Counted from the first letter of the stretch, positions 35,401 to 50,131 are shown. The stretch is DNA of 64,000 bases from Hydrolagus affinis (GCA_012026655.1 JAAILG010000196.1:1-64000); one strand, 5' to 3'. Translations and numbers: made by a program. The notes: generated by a model from the letters alone, not told the origin.

Positions 35401-37656
35401 CTCTAAACCAACCATCATACCTATTTGTATTTTCTAGCATTATGCTGTACTTCTAATTTAGTGTTGGATTCTTGCTCTCTCATTTCTCAAATGACCAACT
35501 GCTGAGATGCTCAACTAGGCTAAGCAGGGGCCCCGCCGACAGCTATTCATTCACAGCACAATACACTGCAGTCTGAATCCAAGGTCTGTTTGAGGTTCTT
35601 AGCCCTGAAAAGCAGCAGACAAACACAGTATCTACTCCCCATTGTTAACAATGCAGCAATCTGGCACACATAAAGGAGCTCATTGCCAAACGTGTTAAAA
35701 AACACAATTTTTAATCTTTGAGCTCAAGTTTCAAAATACATGGGTACATGTTGCAGTTGACATGCATATCTAATGTATTTTTATACACATACATAAACAG
35801 CCTACATTAATTACAGACCTAATGCTGATATTTTATATTTATGAACTATTTCCAAAAAATTCAAAAGTAGTTGCTGATGTTTGTAAGTTGCACTTCAATT
35901 TTAACCTTGCACACAAGCAAACGATCTATTTGGAATAAACACAATACAGTAATTTAGCAAATCTAATGCTCATCCATTGAAAAAGTTTAATAATGTATAA
36001 ATTGTAGTTTATTGAAAATAACACATGATTTGGAATAGCCAGATTTGCTATATATAAAGCACTGGTTGATTATAATGTATCTGTTGTCTAAGTTCTAACA
36101 AAACATAAATTTGTTCCTACCTGTATGGGTCTACAAACTGTGTCCAGATCTGGGCTCTGTGAGACTGCTTTAGCTGTGTCGTATTCTATCATCCTAAACT
36201 CAGACACTCTAAGCCAACACAGCACCTCCCTTCAAATGTGCTAACCTAGCTCCCTACCAACCCTTCAATGTTCACAGGCAAATGCTAGACTGCATACCAG
36301 ATGGGCGACCCTCAGTAACTAAATAAAAGGGAAAGTGGAAGGGGGAGGAGGGCTGTCTGTCTGTGCATAGCAAAATTATTGAACTGTGCAACAGGAACAA
36401 ACAAAACATGGAACTGGATTGTTATCGCGTTTTTCAGCCGATGTGCAGTAGTTTTATTTAAGTTTGAAAGCAATATTTAGCACAAAGGTCGCAATGGCCA
36501 GAGTTTGGCAGAGGTAGAAATACAATGTTAATCAATAGTAAAAACAAGTGTTGGTTAAGAAGATAACATTTTCCTTCTGGCAGGTGTATATCATTGTTAA
36601 CTACAGATAATAGATTATATAGTTCAGCAGATTTTGACAGGAACTGGGGTTTCGCAACATCTGAAGAATAATAAACAGCATCAGCAAAGCATTTTAGTTG
36701 GAGCTTTGTGGAATCTGTACACCTTGATGAAACACTTTTTAACTGTAGAAAAAGCACCATTACTGTTCAACAAATAAAATGTCATCCTAAATGTCAAACT
36801 TATGTCAGAATATTATGTGTTATGATTAAGCTGGATTCTCTTGTCCTTAGTATCATCTGAGCTATGTGTCTACGCCAGTGATGTACGACAGCTTAATTTA
36901 GAGAGAAGACAGATAAAAGTACTGAAAAAATAACAACAGATGTGATTGACTTGTGCATTTTGGTTATCAAATACCACCTACTATTCCCAGGGCTTACAAT
37001 TATGAAACTGTAGCTGCATTGATTAATCAATAGTCTAGGTCTAACATTAATACACAGTTGGACAGAGTAATAATAAATGTAGCATGGGGGTGATTTAGGG
37101 TAATGTGATCCTTGCCTTCATATACATGCACACATGCGCCAGTTACTTGTCTTTAGTTAATATGAACTTAGCAGTCAAATTAATTTTTTAAGCTTTTAGG
37201 AAACATTTACATTGATGGTTAAAAGTTCTGTAAAGTTGCTGTAAAATCAGTTTTCATTTTCATGCATATACAGTATATAAATATATTTTGATTGCAGCTT
37301 GGATTTTAGAAGCCTGCAGACGATGGAAGGAAAGAATGAGGGAAAGAATGAGACATTATACTGGTCTTGATTTCAATTTAGTAAAGGAAGGTGATGTGGG
37401 GTAGCATATATGGAGCTTTGGAAGAAGAAAGTTCAAAAGAACAATGACTAGAACAGTATCAATATATTCAAAAATGATTTTTTTAAAAAAATTGCAACAG
37501 AGGGAGAAAAGGATTATAGATCAAAGATGACAGAAGGATGACCTATAAAACAGTAACTTTTGAATCTTGCCCGATTCATGTTATTTACTTTGAACATATT
37601 GAGTTCCTTACCCCCTACAGGTTAACACCATATTTATAATATATTGTATATTCTGG

Positions 37657-37760
37657 CCACAAAATATACAGTCAATTCACTTGAAAGTGTATTTTGTGAA
37701 GCGATTTGAGACATTTCAAAAATGTGATAAGGCGCATATCAAATGGAAGGATTATTATAA
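37657..37760 (+). mobile_element. SINE tail fragment (another at about 38390-38470)
   Basis: aaatatacagtcaattcacttgaaagtgtattttgtgaagcgatttgagac..ggattattat. Confidence 0.7.
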
Positions 37761-37902
37761 TATGGCAGAATAACCTTGAGAGGTCTGGAGACAGGTAACA
37801 ATTCAGCTGAGTGTTTGAATTCTAACCAAAGTCCTTAAGTCCTCAATCAGCTAATTATATGAGATGAGTTGAAACACTTCAGTTGACCCCAGGCAAGGAA
37901 AT

Positions 37903-38020
37903 TTCAATTAAATAATGATTCTTGCACTGTGTTTTTTTTAATTAAATAATTTTTTTTGTATTTTTTTCAATTAAATAATGATTTTCTTCTGTGTTTTATC
38001 AATTAATTGTGATTTTTGTA
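37903..38020. repeat. Degenerate AT-rich tandem repeat, about 31-bp unit x4
   Basis: caattaaataatgatt-like motif recurs at about 37905, 37939, 37968 and 38000. Confidence 0.7.
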
Positions 38021-40956
38021 TGTAAGTGTGCTTTTTTTTTGGTGGGGGGAAGTTTTTAAAAACAAAAGGATTAGTCCACTCACACACAATGGGCAAATGA
38101 TTTTTCCATCAAGTTTTGAGTAGTTTAGTCAATGCTGCTGGATTGTTTTTAGTATAGAAAAGTTCTCACAAAACAGAAAAAATAACAAGTCCAAATTCTT
38201 GACTAAAAGAACAAAAGTAATTTCCTATTGTTCTATTCAAAGTGGCTGCTTGCCACATTTCAGCAAGATATCTTAGCAACAGATCACATGCTGAAATTAA
38301 TTATTCTGTACCCTCTTACTGCAAAACAAAGCATAGCAGGTTTTTTAAAATCAGAACTATATTAAAGTGTATTCAGAGGCTTCTCCCAAAATTGCAGTCA
38401 AACACTTTACAATATATCTTGTGAAGCACATGATAAGGCGATAAATCAAATGCAAGGATTATTATTATAAATATAGTGAATACATTTTGAAAATTGATGT
38501 TCAGTTGTGATATATGAATCTAAACATTTTCAGTTGAAATACAGTACATACAAAGAAACTTGTGTTGGTGTGAACTTTTGTAACTTGAGATCAACGTTTA
38601 AAGCAGTTTAAAAGATGCTTCTGTTGTTTGGACAACAGTTGTGATGTTTACAAATCACACTTTGTTCAATTTACTAAAGCAAACTGTGAGTTTACAAAGA
38701 GTTATATTAGACAGAGAGGAAAGCCAGAGTCATAACTCCATCCTTCTCACTCCCTCCCCTTCAGTTTGGGTTTTTATTTATAAGAATAAATCAGGAACAG
38801 CTTCTATTTTGTTGTCCTACAAATGATGCATTTAAAAAACAATTAACATACAATTAATATCTTATCAATCAACCCCTATTGTAGACACATCATTGAATTG
38901 TTCCCAAGGTTTTAAAAAGCTTAACCACAAAAAAGGCACTTCATGGAAATTCATGTTTTGTCCCATGTGTAGGATAGAAACTGAACCAAAATGTAAAAAA
39001 AAGGAGATAGACTATAATCAAGGGTAAAATTTATTAAATCTGCTCTGCTAAAAACAAAGGGTTTGAGGTATTGCTATACCCCCAAGGCCAATTCTGTAAT
39101 ACAAGTCTTAAAGGATTATACCAATCTCAGCTACAAATTTGCAAGCAATATAAAAAGCAATAAAATGGATTTTAAAATGGGGATCATGCTCACTTGCCTG
39201 TTTTTCCCAAATTACAAATTAATCTACTGCCATTGTATATTAGCAAAATGCATTTATTGACTTATAACAATCTCCACATTTGATCTTGCAAACATCGAAA
39301 AGCACTTCACAGTACAAAATGATTTTACATCAGGGATGCATTAGATGCAATACAATATTAATTTTAAAAATTGGGCCTGAATGAATGTTAAAAGGACTTA
39401 TCTGGATAAATATTGTAACTGTGATCCTTGATGAGCTTACTGCGTGTTTGCATCATTGGTCTAGTTTATGTACGAAAATAAACTATTGATAAAACTGAAC
39501 GAACGTTTATCTTGGATACAGATGATGTGGTTTGTGGCAAAATTATAGGCATAAATATAGCAATTATTTCTGTGAGATTTGAATATGGGGATCCATAATT
39601 CAACATAACAAATATCCATAAGGAATTTAAAGTCAATGAAAATCATTATTTTCATAGAAAATAGCTCTTTAGCCCTTGACTGTTGACATATACCAGGGAC
39701 ATGCTTAAAAAATTAACTTGATGAGATTACTCATACTAACATCATGAGTAGAGGCACTTTTCTTTCTAGTGTGGACCAGACATTCAAGAGTATTCTCAAC
39801 ACAACACACACAATATTTTCGTAAAACTGGCAGATTTGAATATCTCAAAGGAAGTGAAGGGAAAATTTGAGAGCAAGCCCACCCACCCCTACCTCAAATC
39901 ACTTTCACATGCCTCCTAGTGATCCTCAAGAGAGCTACTGGCAAAAGACTGGGAGCAAGTGACCTGCTTGCCCTCTCGGGCTGGGACTGGCATGTGAACC
40001 AGGGAGATGCAAATAGGGGAAGAAAATAAAGGCAAAATGAGCCAAAAATGTGTCTGGTATCACATAGAATGATTATAGACCAACTCTAACCATTGTTCCA
40101 CCTACAGCAAAACCACATTACGGTTTCTTCTAAACCGTGGGGAAAACCATTAATGTCATCAGCCTCATAACGCTTAATTTGCAAATGAATTAACTAGACA
40201 AGATTTTTTTTTGCATTATCAGTGTATAACTGCTTATCTAACAACCATAAGGCACATCTGGACAATTCAATAATCAATCACCGGTACGTTTCTAAGAAAC
40301 AGATTTAAAAGTGGAACCTTACACAAATAATTATTTCTAGAATGCTAAAATAATACGTCAAATGCAGGTAATTGGAATGAAATAACAGCGAAGAAGGTAA
40401 AAAGTAGTGAGCTGGGAGAACCAATGTATTACATCATGGTAATAAATGGGCTGCAGTTTTGAGGTCAAATTCCCCACAAAGTGAGTTTTAACCTCATTTC
40501 TGGTTTCCGGGGAAGGCACTAAGCAGTGGCAAGGCATTTCTAAAGTGGGAGAGAGGAAAATGGTCAGGCATGACACCATGGGTGGCTCTTGTGTATGTCC
40601 CAGTGACAGGTCACACAGAAGGTTAGGCAGAGGTCTGGGAGCAGAATGCCTGCCTGCCCTCTCATCAGGAGCGCAATGTGTGACAATGAGAAAACAAAGA
40701 AAGGCGGGAAAAAGAGACTAATAAAAGTGGAGGTCAGGACAACAACATTATAGTATTAATAGGTAAATACATCATACACCTGTACAGCATTTAAAGTGGA
40801 ACTTTGATTTCCATAATCAAGCTTAAATTCAAAACTCAGTTTGCTGTTTCATCCTAATTTTGTTGGATCTTATTCAAAAAAATGCTATTTTTTTTAACCC
40901 GGTAAAAGACAGAAACTGAATCAGAAGAACACTCAAATGCTTTAGTGACCACTTAC

Positions 40957-41148
40957 CTTATCAAAAAACGCATATAGCCTCACAGTCTTGTCGATCGTCT
41001 GCCTGCATTCTTCTACCTTTCTTGCAAATTCCCCAAACTGTCTTTTGTACCTCTGCAGTTTCACTTCAAACACATGTAGTTCTGGTGACTGAAAGTCACA
41101 CCACTCTTCCAGTTTCTTCAAAAGCTCTCTACCTTTCCCACAGTGCTC
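40957..41148 (-). CDS. PLEKHG4: PLEKHG4 exon (not in ORF track)
   Basis: ttttag|EHCGKGRELLKKLEEWCDFQSPELHVFEVKLQRYKRQFGEFARKVEECRQTIDKTVRLYAFFDK|gtaagt; 192 nt. Confidence 0.9.
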
Positions 41149-43679
41149 CTAAAATGAAAAACAATTTATATCAAAAGGGTGATAAAGCTAAATAATAATA
41201 AGAGGTATGCTGTATGTTTCAACTATTTGGGGGGTCAGCTGAGTATCTCACACAAGCAGAAACCCAGTACCACGCTTCAGAGAATCAAAATCAAATAGAG
41301 AATTCCACACAGCCCATCTATTCGTAGAAATTCTACAGCCCTTTACTTAAATGGATTGTACAATGTCTCCCGGTAAGGTTGCATCCTGCTTGTCTAATTC
41401 CAGGAAGGAATTTGAGAACAACAAAATTATATTTGTAGAGCGCCTTTCACGTCGGGAGGACGTCCGAAGGCGCTGGAGAAGAAGGCACAGGTTGGCAAGA
41501 GCCAAGATTTGGGGATCCCAGTGTGTGTTGGGGTAACTGCTGGAGATTAACCAGCTAAACTGCATATCTTGCCTTGAGAGCACCGCCTGGCTAGCTTTCC
41601 TGCTGCTTGTCCAGGCTATGACCACCCTATCCATCAGGTCTCTGGCTTTCAGGGTTGATAGGAGCTGAGTGAGACGAGTCTCTGCCCCCAGTGACTGGTC
41701 TTTCCTTCATGTCATCCCAGTAAGCCAGCCTGACTGTACTGTCATCAGTACGGTAGTACCGCGGAACTGCCTACCTCAGGAACTGGACTACTGAGACTGC
41801 CGCAGAGACTGGCCTGATTCTGACATTCCGTCGCCAAACATGTCACCGTGAAGCTAGTTCAGCTGCAAGTAGACCCAGCTTACCTCCCCCTCCCAAGGAA
41901 AATACATACTAGCTGGTCATTTAACATCCTACAAGCATGAGTTTGAGCCCTCGCTAAGTGAATGGCACATCCAGGAGCTCCCTGCAAACTTCTTGATGGG
42001 TAACATGGCTCAACATGAAATGCATGAGATTATTGCCACCATCTTCCTATCTAGAGTTCAGACACACATCCCTTCCCATGCTTTAATTTTAGAGCTAGAA
42101 GCTTTAATTAATGGTGTAGTTGCAATGTTTCCTTTGATATTATTCAGCAAGCAGCAGAATCCACTTTCCTAGCCACTGAATAAATTACAAGTTTCTCTAA
42201 AATTATAGGTTACTGCACTGCCATTCTATGTACACATTGCTTAGGAAGTTCTAGACATGAAATAAAGAAACTTTTAGGGCTTTTTTAAGAAAAAGTAGTG
42301 ATATAAATCTTTTAAATGAGAAAATTACAGCTGTATATAAGTTAGCACTTTCCAGCAATATTTATTGCAGAATGTAGAGCTCTTTGATCAGCGTCAGTGG
42401 TATATACATTGATATAGCACCTTTCATGTCAGGAGGTCACCCCAAAGCGCTTCCCATGATTTAATGTTAAGTGTCACGATTGGATTTGTGGGAGACCTTG
42501 GCAGCCAATTTGCACACAGCAATGTCTCATAAATAGCTAGGAGGTGATTGTTGGCCAGGACACCAGGGGAAAGAAACTACCTTCTCTTTTCGAATAGCGC
42601 CATGGGATTTTTAACGAACAGACTGACAGGGCCTTGGTTTAACTTTGAGAGACTGTGGAATAGGAATTTCCATTACTGAGAAGAGAAATTGGTCACCATT
42701 AATTTTAATGTACTCTTTCTCTCTCAACAGGAATAACAGAACCAGTTACAAGAGTGGATAGCATGCAGACAGAACATTTTACTACTGCAACAACTCCTCC
42801 AGATGGCTTGTAAAAAACCCTTCCATCTCATATGCAAATATCATACTTTTCTTTCAATCAGACCATTAATTTTTTTAAATAAAATCATTCACAGTAATTG
42901 CAGTTAATTTATAGTTATTTGAATGAATTAGAATCAATGTGATGTTCAGGCTGGCCTGTCAAGATATTCTGCTGTAAATTACTGCTCCAGCTGTTAAACC
43001 TGATAGACAGCACTAAAGTCAAGCACATCTCTTGAGATGCAAAACAAGGACTGACAGCAGCATTGGCGATGCCCACTTTGTTATCCTGTGAAGGCTGATG
43101 GAAGAGCCGGGGAAACGGGAAAGGGAAATAAGAAACAACATTGTGCCAGTCTGTGCAGTACCAAACATAAACTTGATAGGTCTGCTGTTAAATCTATTCC
43201 CTAGATCCCCAGTGTCTTAACTAAAATTTGCTTGAGTTGGTATAAACATTTAATCCCATTTGCCTGCATTGCAAAAAATTTTACATCTGAGGTGCCTAAA
43301 TATCCAGCACAGGTCAGATATCTGGCATATGATGGCGCCAGCTGCTAGACAGAACTCTGCCTACATTATTCTGACAATGAGTTTATTATGTGCCGATAAA
43401 TAAAACTTGAGTTCCTTTTACAAGCAACTTTTACACACTGTATAGGAATTGTACTAATGTGGTGCATTAAACAACTGCGACAAGAGGTGGTTTTGCAACA
43501 GTTCTTGTGAGTCTCAGTGCTTTGGAATCCCCTTGTTTACATTGCATAAGAACCAGAACAACAGAAAAACAACCACAAATGTGCAACTATTTTTAAGTCG
43601 GAACTTGTGACGGTCATACTTTTCCAATGGTCGAGGAAGGGAACATGCAAGGCAACAAATGAGAAACCACACTGTTGAT

Positions 43680-44680
43680 GTTAACAACAACTACTCAAGG
43701 TGCTGGTCAATCAAGGATTTGCACCTGAGCTGAGGGTTGGGATCAAGAGGGGTGGAAAGCAAGACAAGGGAGGATGAAGGAGCAAGGTCTTGAGATGAGC
43801 CTTGAAGGGGGCAGGAGAGAGTGTGAGGTGAAGGAAGGAGTTCAAAAAGCAGGGGCAGAAAAGCTGAAGGACGATGGTAGGGCAGGCAGGGTAGGGGACT
43901 TGGGTAAGGCCAGTGCCTGCTGAACGGTTTTATACCAGCTCATCGAGGTGGAGAGTGCAACCATAAATAGTGATGCTGTCAGCACCTGAGGTGAAGCTAA
44001 GCAGGAGACCCTCTGTCTTATTTATATTCAACAGGAGAATGTTGGCTCTCATCCAGGACTCAATGTCTGATAGATAATCCATTAGGACAGCAGTGGTCAT
44101 GGAGTTGAGGGTGGAGGGAGAGAGCTCCAATTGGATGTTATCCATGTATATGTAGAACATGCCCATGGATGATATCACTGAGCAGGAGCTTATCAATGTT
44201 AAAGAGTAGAGACCCAAGGATAGAGCCCTGAGGGACATCACATGAGAGTGTTGGAGGAGAAGCCACTAAGGGATAGAGATGGGATCAAGGGAGCAGGCGG
44301 TGGACTTAATTGAAAAGCATGAAAGGGGCTCTATAAATATAATTTTATTATTGTTGTAATTTGAGAATTGGTGGGAGGTGAGAGGAAGAGAGGAAGACGT
44401 GGTCAAAAGCAAGGGAATGTAAGCGGAGGAGCTGGTTTGTGGTAGAAAAGAGGAGCCTGGGGTTATCTTTGGCTTCCAAGATAATCTTGAAGTAGAAAGC
44501 TGATTTAGCTGAAGCATGGGAGGAGTAGAAGGCTTTGATATGGTCCACCCAAATCTGGCATTGGACCTTTTGACTAGATTTGTGCCAGGTGCATACAGCA
44601 GCATGTACCTTTGCCTTGAGGGAGAGGACGAGGCTGGTACCAGGGGGCCTTACGCGAATAGGAGTGCTGTGAGTTACCCT
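43680..44680 (-). mobile_element. Degenerate L2-type LINE relic including RT region
   Basis: Broken frames with ..YMDNIQL..LSDIESWMRANILLLNINKTEGLL (decayed YADD and downstream RT motifs) and ..KDNPRLLFSTTNQLL; an L2-like 3' region toward 43680. Confidence 0.75.
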
Positions 44681-45852
44681 AATATGTAGGTTTAACAAAA
44701 ATAAAATAACTTTTAAAGTACTGAAAATGTTGCTCATATTCTACTGCCTCAGAGCATCCCAAACTATTGTTTGGTGGTTGTATTCTCAATCCCGTTTAAA
44801 AACCTGTAAACCTAAAGTGCTGTTGTAAACAGGGATTTTTTACACATTACAACATATGACCACGATGTTACAAGATGGAGCACAGAATTCCATAAAGATG
44901 ATGAGAATCTCAGGAAATTAAATGTTTCGAAATGACTAGTTCCTGAAAATAGAATATAGCACAATACAGGTATCAGTGACCTGACAATCCCTTTTTGTTT
45001 TAGTGAAAATACCATTCAAAGCAAATCAGTTCATCGAATGAAACATTAAACTGAGGTCCAGTCTGCCTGTTCAAGTGGAAGTTAAAGATTCCATGGCGCT
45101 ATTTGAAAAAAAGGAGTTTCTCCCAGTGCCCACAATCCCCCAAATAACATTGGTCATTCACTGTATGGCTGTTTGTGGGGCATTATTGTGTGTAGCTGGC
45201 TGCTGTGTTTCACCCACAAAATAAACAGTCAATCAACTTTACTGTATATCCCTGAGATGTCTCAATGTGATAAGGTGCAATATCAAATGCAAAGATTATT
45301 CTTATTAATAATAAAGCAACATTCAGGACATTTAAATCAATTGATTACATATAAATATAAAATTAAATATTTAGTTGGTATAATAACAAATGCAAGCTTC
45401 TTAGAAATTGTAAGAAACTTTACAACTGCACTATTATTACTCACATTACTAAATTATACAATCTGGGAAACATGAGAATCTGAAATACTAAAACACTTGA
45501 CATATGGCATTTCTAAATCATTGCCATGGTAGCAATTACAACAAAGCTTTTAAGAACCAAAGCTTTGAAATTCATATGTTCACATGTCAAACTGGAAGCT
45601 TTGTCACTGACCTCCTTTCCAAAGGTCCACTGTCTCCCTACCCCTTAGGCTCCAAATATATCCACCCAAAGGAACTGTCTGCTCAGTGTCAAAACCCCAA
45701 GAAAACAGGTTTTGCAGTCCACAATGAAATCTTAACATACATTAAACTGCATGAATACACAGACATAAGAATAAAATTATCTAATAATGAAATCGGACAC
45801 AATCTAAAAATAATCTAACAGAAACTGTCCAAAAAATATAACTTATACATAC

Positions 45853-45975
45853 ACACGCCACATTGTAAAAGCCCTTGAATTCTTCTTGTGTGTTTTGCAA
45901 GGAATCCAGGGAATCCTCCAATTCTCTTCCTCTTTCAAGTTGCTTCTCTCCAACCTGCTCAATCCATCTGCTCAC
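45853..45975 (-). CDS. PLEKHG4: PLEKHG4 exon (spectrin-like)
   Basis: attcag|VSRWIEQVGEKQLERGRELEDSLDSLQNTQEEFKGFYNVAC|gtatgt. Confidence 0.88.
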
Positions 45976-46020
45976 CTGAATGGAGTATAATTCACAAAAT
46001 TGCAGCACCAGCTGTATACA

Positions 46021-46555
46021 TAACAACGACAAAATTACACTTGTATAGCATCAGGAGGTTACTGCTTCAGATCTGAACTGAGGACAAGGGCGGGAGGGAA
46101 GGGAGTTGCCGATCGAAGAGGAGTCTTGAGGCTAGACTTGAAGGAGGCCAGGGAGGGGGGGTGAGGCGGAGTGACTGCGGGAAGGAGTTCCAGAGGTTGG
46201 GGGCAGAGTGGCTGAAGGCTCGCCCGCCAATGGTTGGGCAGGTGGGTGGAGTCACGTGGAGCAGGCTAGTGTCTATTGAGCGGAGGGGGTGGCAGGTGGG
46301 TAAGGGGATAGGAGGTCACGAATGTAGGTGTGGAGGGCTTTAAATGTGTGGACCAGGATCTTGAATTGGATCCTCTGGATGATGGGGAGCCAATGGAGTC
46401 GGGCAAGGATGGGGGAGATGGGGTCACGATGTTTTGAACGGTAGAGGACACGGGCCGCAGAGTTCTGGATTATCTGCAGCCTGTGGAAGGAGGAATTGGG
46501 AAAGTCGACCAGCAGGGTGTTTGCATAATCGAGCTAGGATGTAATGAAGGCATAA
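46021..46555 (-). mobile_element. L2-type LINE 3' fragment
   Basis: Reverse strand reads LARLHWLPIIQRIQFKILVHTFKAL and PTIGGRAFSHSAPNLWNSFP, typical L2 ORF2 C-terminal motifs; the tail lies about 45 nt from a PLEKHG4 acceptor. Confidence 0.85.
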
Positions 46556-47549
46556 CACACCTATGCAAATAAACTAATTTGTCAGCTCATTAGTCGCACT
46601 CTAGGTGATCATTTTATTAATGCAAATATAGTAACAAAAACATTCAAACCTCATCCTATCTAAATCCTAAATTACTCAAATTTGTATTTTGTGCACAATA
46701 GAAACACACTGCTATTTTTAGCAAATGAAAATAGGGAGCAGCTTAGCAAAAAAAGTCTTAATTGATATTGTGCCTTTTACCCCCCAAAGCAGTCACAACC
46801 CAATAATGTTTGACCGCTGTGGAGAATGGGTAATATGGAACAGAAAGATAAGGTTGCATTTTTTTTTCCCCTTCGAGTATAAAACAAGTACATATTTCAG
46901 CAAGCCAAACATTAAGAAAAAGCACTTCTGCCAAAAGAATTAGTACTGTGACCATTGTGGATGGTAAATTGAAACTGGAATTGGCTACGAATTTATTATG
47001 ATTCTATGAATTTTTTGCACCTTCAAGGTTAAATGTGTTATTGTGGCCTAATTTGTGACTTCACCTGAATAGTCAAACCCAACTCACAATTATAATATAA
47101 AGTACTGCTATGTTTGTTCCATGATTCTTTGGGTGTTCTAGCATCTCCATCCATGATAGCATTGCTTGTAGGGTTGCACATGTCTATACATCTTCAAGTC
47201 ACATCAATGATACCAGACAATATGTCATGTACATTATGGTGACTAATCACAACCTAATCTGGATCTTACCAGAGCAGCTCTTGCAGTTAGGGTATAGGTT
47301 TCATGAATCCCATTGCTGTATGAAAACACTATCTATTAAACTAAATGCAATACTAATAACCCACTGTTTATATTGAATCCAGCTATCCCAGTTTAAAAGA
47401 ATTGTGGAAACTAGCATCCTTGAGGGTTTGGGGAAGAACAGATTGGTAATACTGTATTCAGAAAATATATTAGTATTTGTGTGTGCTTATCGCATTATTG
47501 CAGATCACGTGGTGCTGAATTGAGGATATTTTCCACTATTTTTTTTTAC

Positions 47550-47688
47550 CTCCTCAAACTCTCCTTCATATGTTTTGAACTGTTTCAGAAACTCAAGTTC
47601 CTGATTACACTTATTCGAAAGCATCACCAGACGGTGAATTCCCTCATCCACTTGGTTATACAAGGCTGTCACAGTCTTCATTGAATCT
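47550..47688 (-). CDS. PLEKHG4: PLEKHG4 exon
   Basis: ttgcag|[46 protein letters not shown]|gtaaaa; phase 2 to 0. Confidence 0.9.
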
Positions 47689-48547
47689 CTGCAAGAAAAC
47701 AAGAAAAAACATCAATGTTAAAATCAATAGAAATGTTTCATTAAGCTAAATAAAAGCATATATTTAAATAAAAGAGTAACCATCATCAATAAAACATGTT
47801 TTGGTATTTCAAGAAGTTCATTTATATTACGGTATCATTCTATTTGTTTTCAAAGCGATCATTCAATGTTGGATTTACATTAAAGTAATTTATCATCTCT
47901 AATATATTTGGAGTGAGTAGCAAGATTTATATCTTATGCTAAAATTACATGGCCAGGGGTAACTGAGGGAGCTCTGCGCACACACACAAACCATGTGCAG
48001 AAATCAGATAAGTAGTGTCGAACACTGATTGATATTTTTAAATTTTTTAGTAACATGCCGTGTGAATGTTTTAATTTAGTTTTAAGATTAAATCTTCTGT
48101 TAAATCCAGCTGCAGTACAAACCTGATACAAACAGCAGTCAATGTCTGTACCATTACGCAAAACTAGTGCCCAAGTTAATTTGCTTATTTAAACACAAAG
48201 TCACAAGCACAAAACTGCATTTAAATCATAATTTTCAAATTAGAATAATAAATACTGAAAAGCAAAGGACAAAGGACAATGAATGAATATAAGTTAATAA
48301 CTACTGTATGTTCTCAAAAATAAAAAGACGTGCTGAAGATTCACTGCTAGAGGGCAGCAGAGATAATAAATGATACTTTCAATCTACCTAGTTTATTGAA
48401 TGTTATGTGTTAAATTATACATGGCCTTTGGCAGCTCTAGTTAATTTCACTGTTCAGAAACTTCCTAATCAAATAAAGTGAAATGAATTGTCAGATCCTT
48501 CACTTGACCTGAAGCAGTTTTTCTTGTAAAATTAAAAACCAGGGTGT

Positions 48548-48965
48548 GGACCCCATCAACCCAATCCTTGTCAGGTTCCACAATCCACTACTGCTAATCC
48601 AATTATTTCAAGATCTTCACTCTCACTTTCAAATCTCTTCACACCCTGGAACCTCCCTACCTCTCCAATCTGAGCACATGCCACTTCACTCAGCTGGCTC
48701 AAGCCCTCTGCATATCCCTTGTCCCCTCCACTACACAATTGGCAGTCGTGTTCTCTGCCACTCTGCTCCAAGTCTCTTGAACTGCTTGTCTCAATCCTTG
48801 TATTGTCCCGTTTCCCCATCTGCAAATCACACGTGAAAACTTTCCTCTTCAATCATGCCTCCACTCCCTTTCCAGCTCAGTACCAAGCAACATCTCTATT
48901 GAGCACGCCAAGATGCTATCCACGTGAAGGGCACTATATAAATGCAAGTAATGTAGTTGCTGTTG
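48548..48965 (+). mobile_element. Older L2 3' fragment
   Basis: Degenerate homology to 46021-46555; tail cacgtgaagggcactatataaatgcaagtaatgtagttgctgttg. Confidence 0.65.
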
Positions 48966-49465
48966 AATTCTAAGCATAACAATGTTATTGTTACATCTTA
49001 AAGCTGTCATTCTACTCACACTTTTTAAATTACCAACAAAATATTATATTTGTGGAGATCATCATGATAAAGCTGCCTTGCTCATACAGTAAAACTCAAA
49101 CAAGTCGCAGCAGTCCGGACGACAATATTTAATATGACACACAAAGTCTATGTTACAGACAAACTTGTTAAGTCATATAAAATCTAATATAATCAATAAT
49201 CTACACTGTACATGAGTAATTCAATGCAGCCGGTAACTGCACATGCGGTACTGCCAACCTCCAGATTGCCAGAATGTTACAGAAATTTCATGGACATAGA
49301 CCATGTGAGATATGCCCAAGAAATGCTAGTAATGTCAGTGTACCTGTACAGCACACAGAAGGCGATGTCAGTGGCATTTCTCATGCATGTACAGGACACA
49401 TCACTGACCTTCCCACCAGGACATCGCCCATGTGTTTGTAACTTCACCAATACCGCAGGCAATGA

Positions 49466-49640
49466 GATAATAATAATCCCTGCATTTGATATAGTGCCTT
49501 ATCACTTCTTTGAGAGTCTTAAAGCACTTCATGGAATATACTGCAAAGCGAATTGACTGTGGGAAAAACGCAACTACCAATTGCACACAGCAGTTTCAGT
49601 CAGTGGTGGACCTCGCGACCAAATTTTTTTTGGGGAGGGA
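49466..49640 (-). mobile_element. SINE core+tail (degenerate)
   Basis: ataataataatccctgcatttgatatagtgcc..gaatatactgcaaagcgaattgactgt. Confidence 0.75.
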
Positions 49641-50131
49641 TTATTACCCCCAGAAAGCGATCCGCCAATCGACCTTTATAAGGTGGGTTTCAGTTTGGCT
49701 GAGTTGGTTGCACGCTCGCTTCTGAGCCTGAAGTTTTTTTCTGCAAGGCTTCCTTTGTAAAAAAAAATGTTTTAACACTATTTAGGATGGGTAGTAAGTT
49801 AAATATGCATGTGACTGACATGTTTTTACAAAAAAAGTCTAAAACTTCAAGTAGCTCCTTAAACCAAAAATCATGGAAAGGATAACATGCTTAAAACTTG
49901 GGCATCTAAATCTCCAAAGAGACTCATGAATAAAAGTGATGATACCAAACACAACACAATACGTTTGGGCATCTCATGTTCACATAAGTAGATATCAATA
50001 AACAGAAATTTTTTTCTCTAATATTTTCATGCAACTTCAAATTATCTTTAAAACCACAATATTCTGTTTGTTGCTGCATTCCAAAACAATCCTGAAATTA
50101 TCTCCAACAACTTTTTTTTAAAATCACTGTT

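Noticed and set aside
37903-38020. CRISPR-like repeat-spacer pattern
   Set aside because: Eukaryotic intron; degenerate AT-rich tandem units without unique spacers or cas genes.
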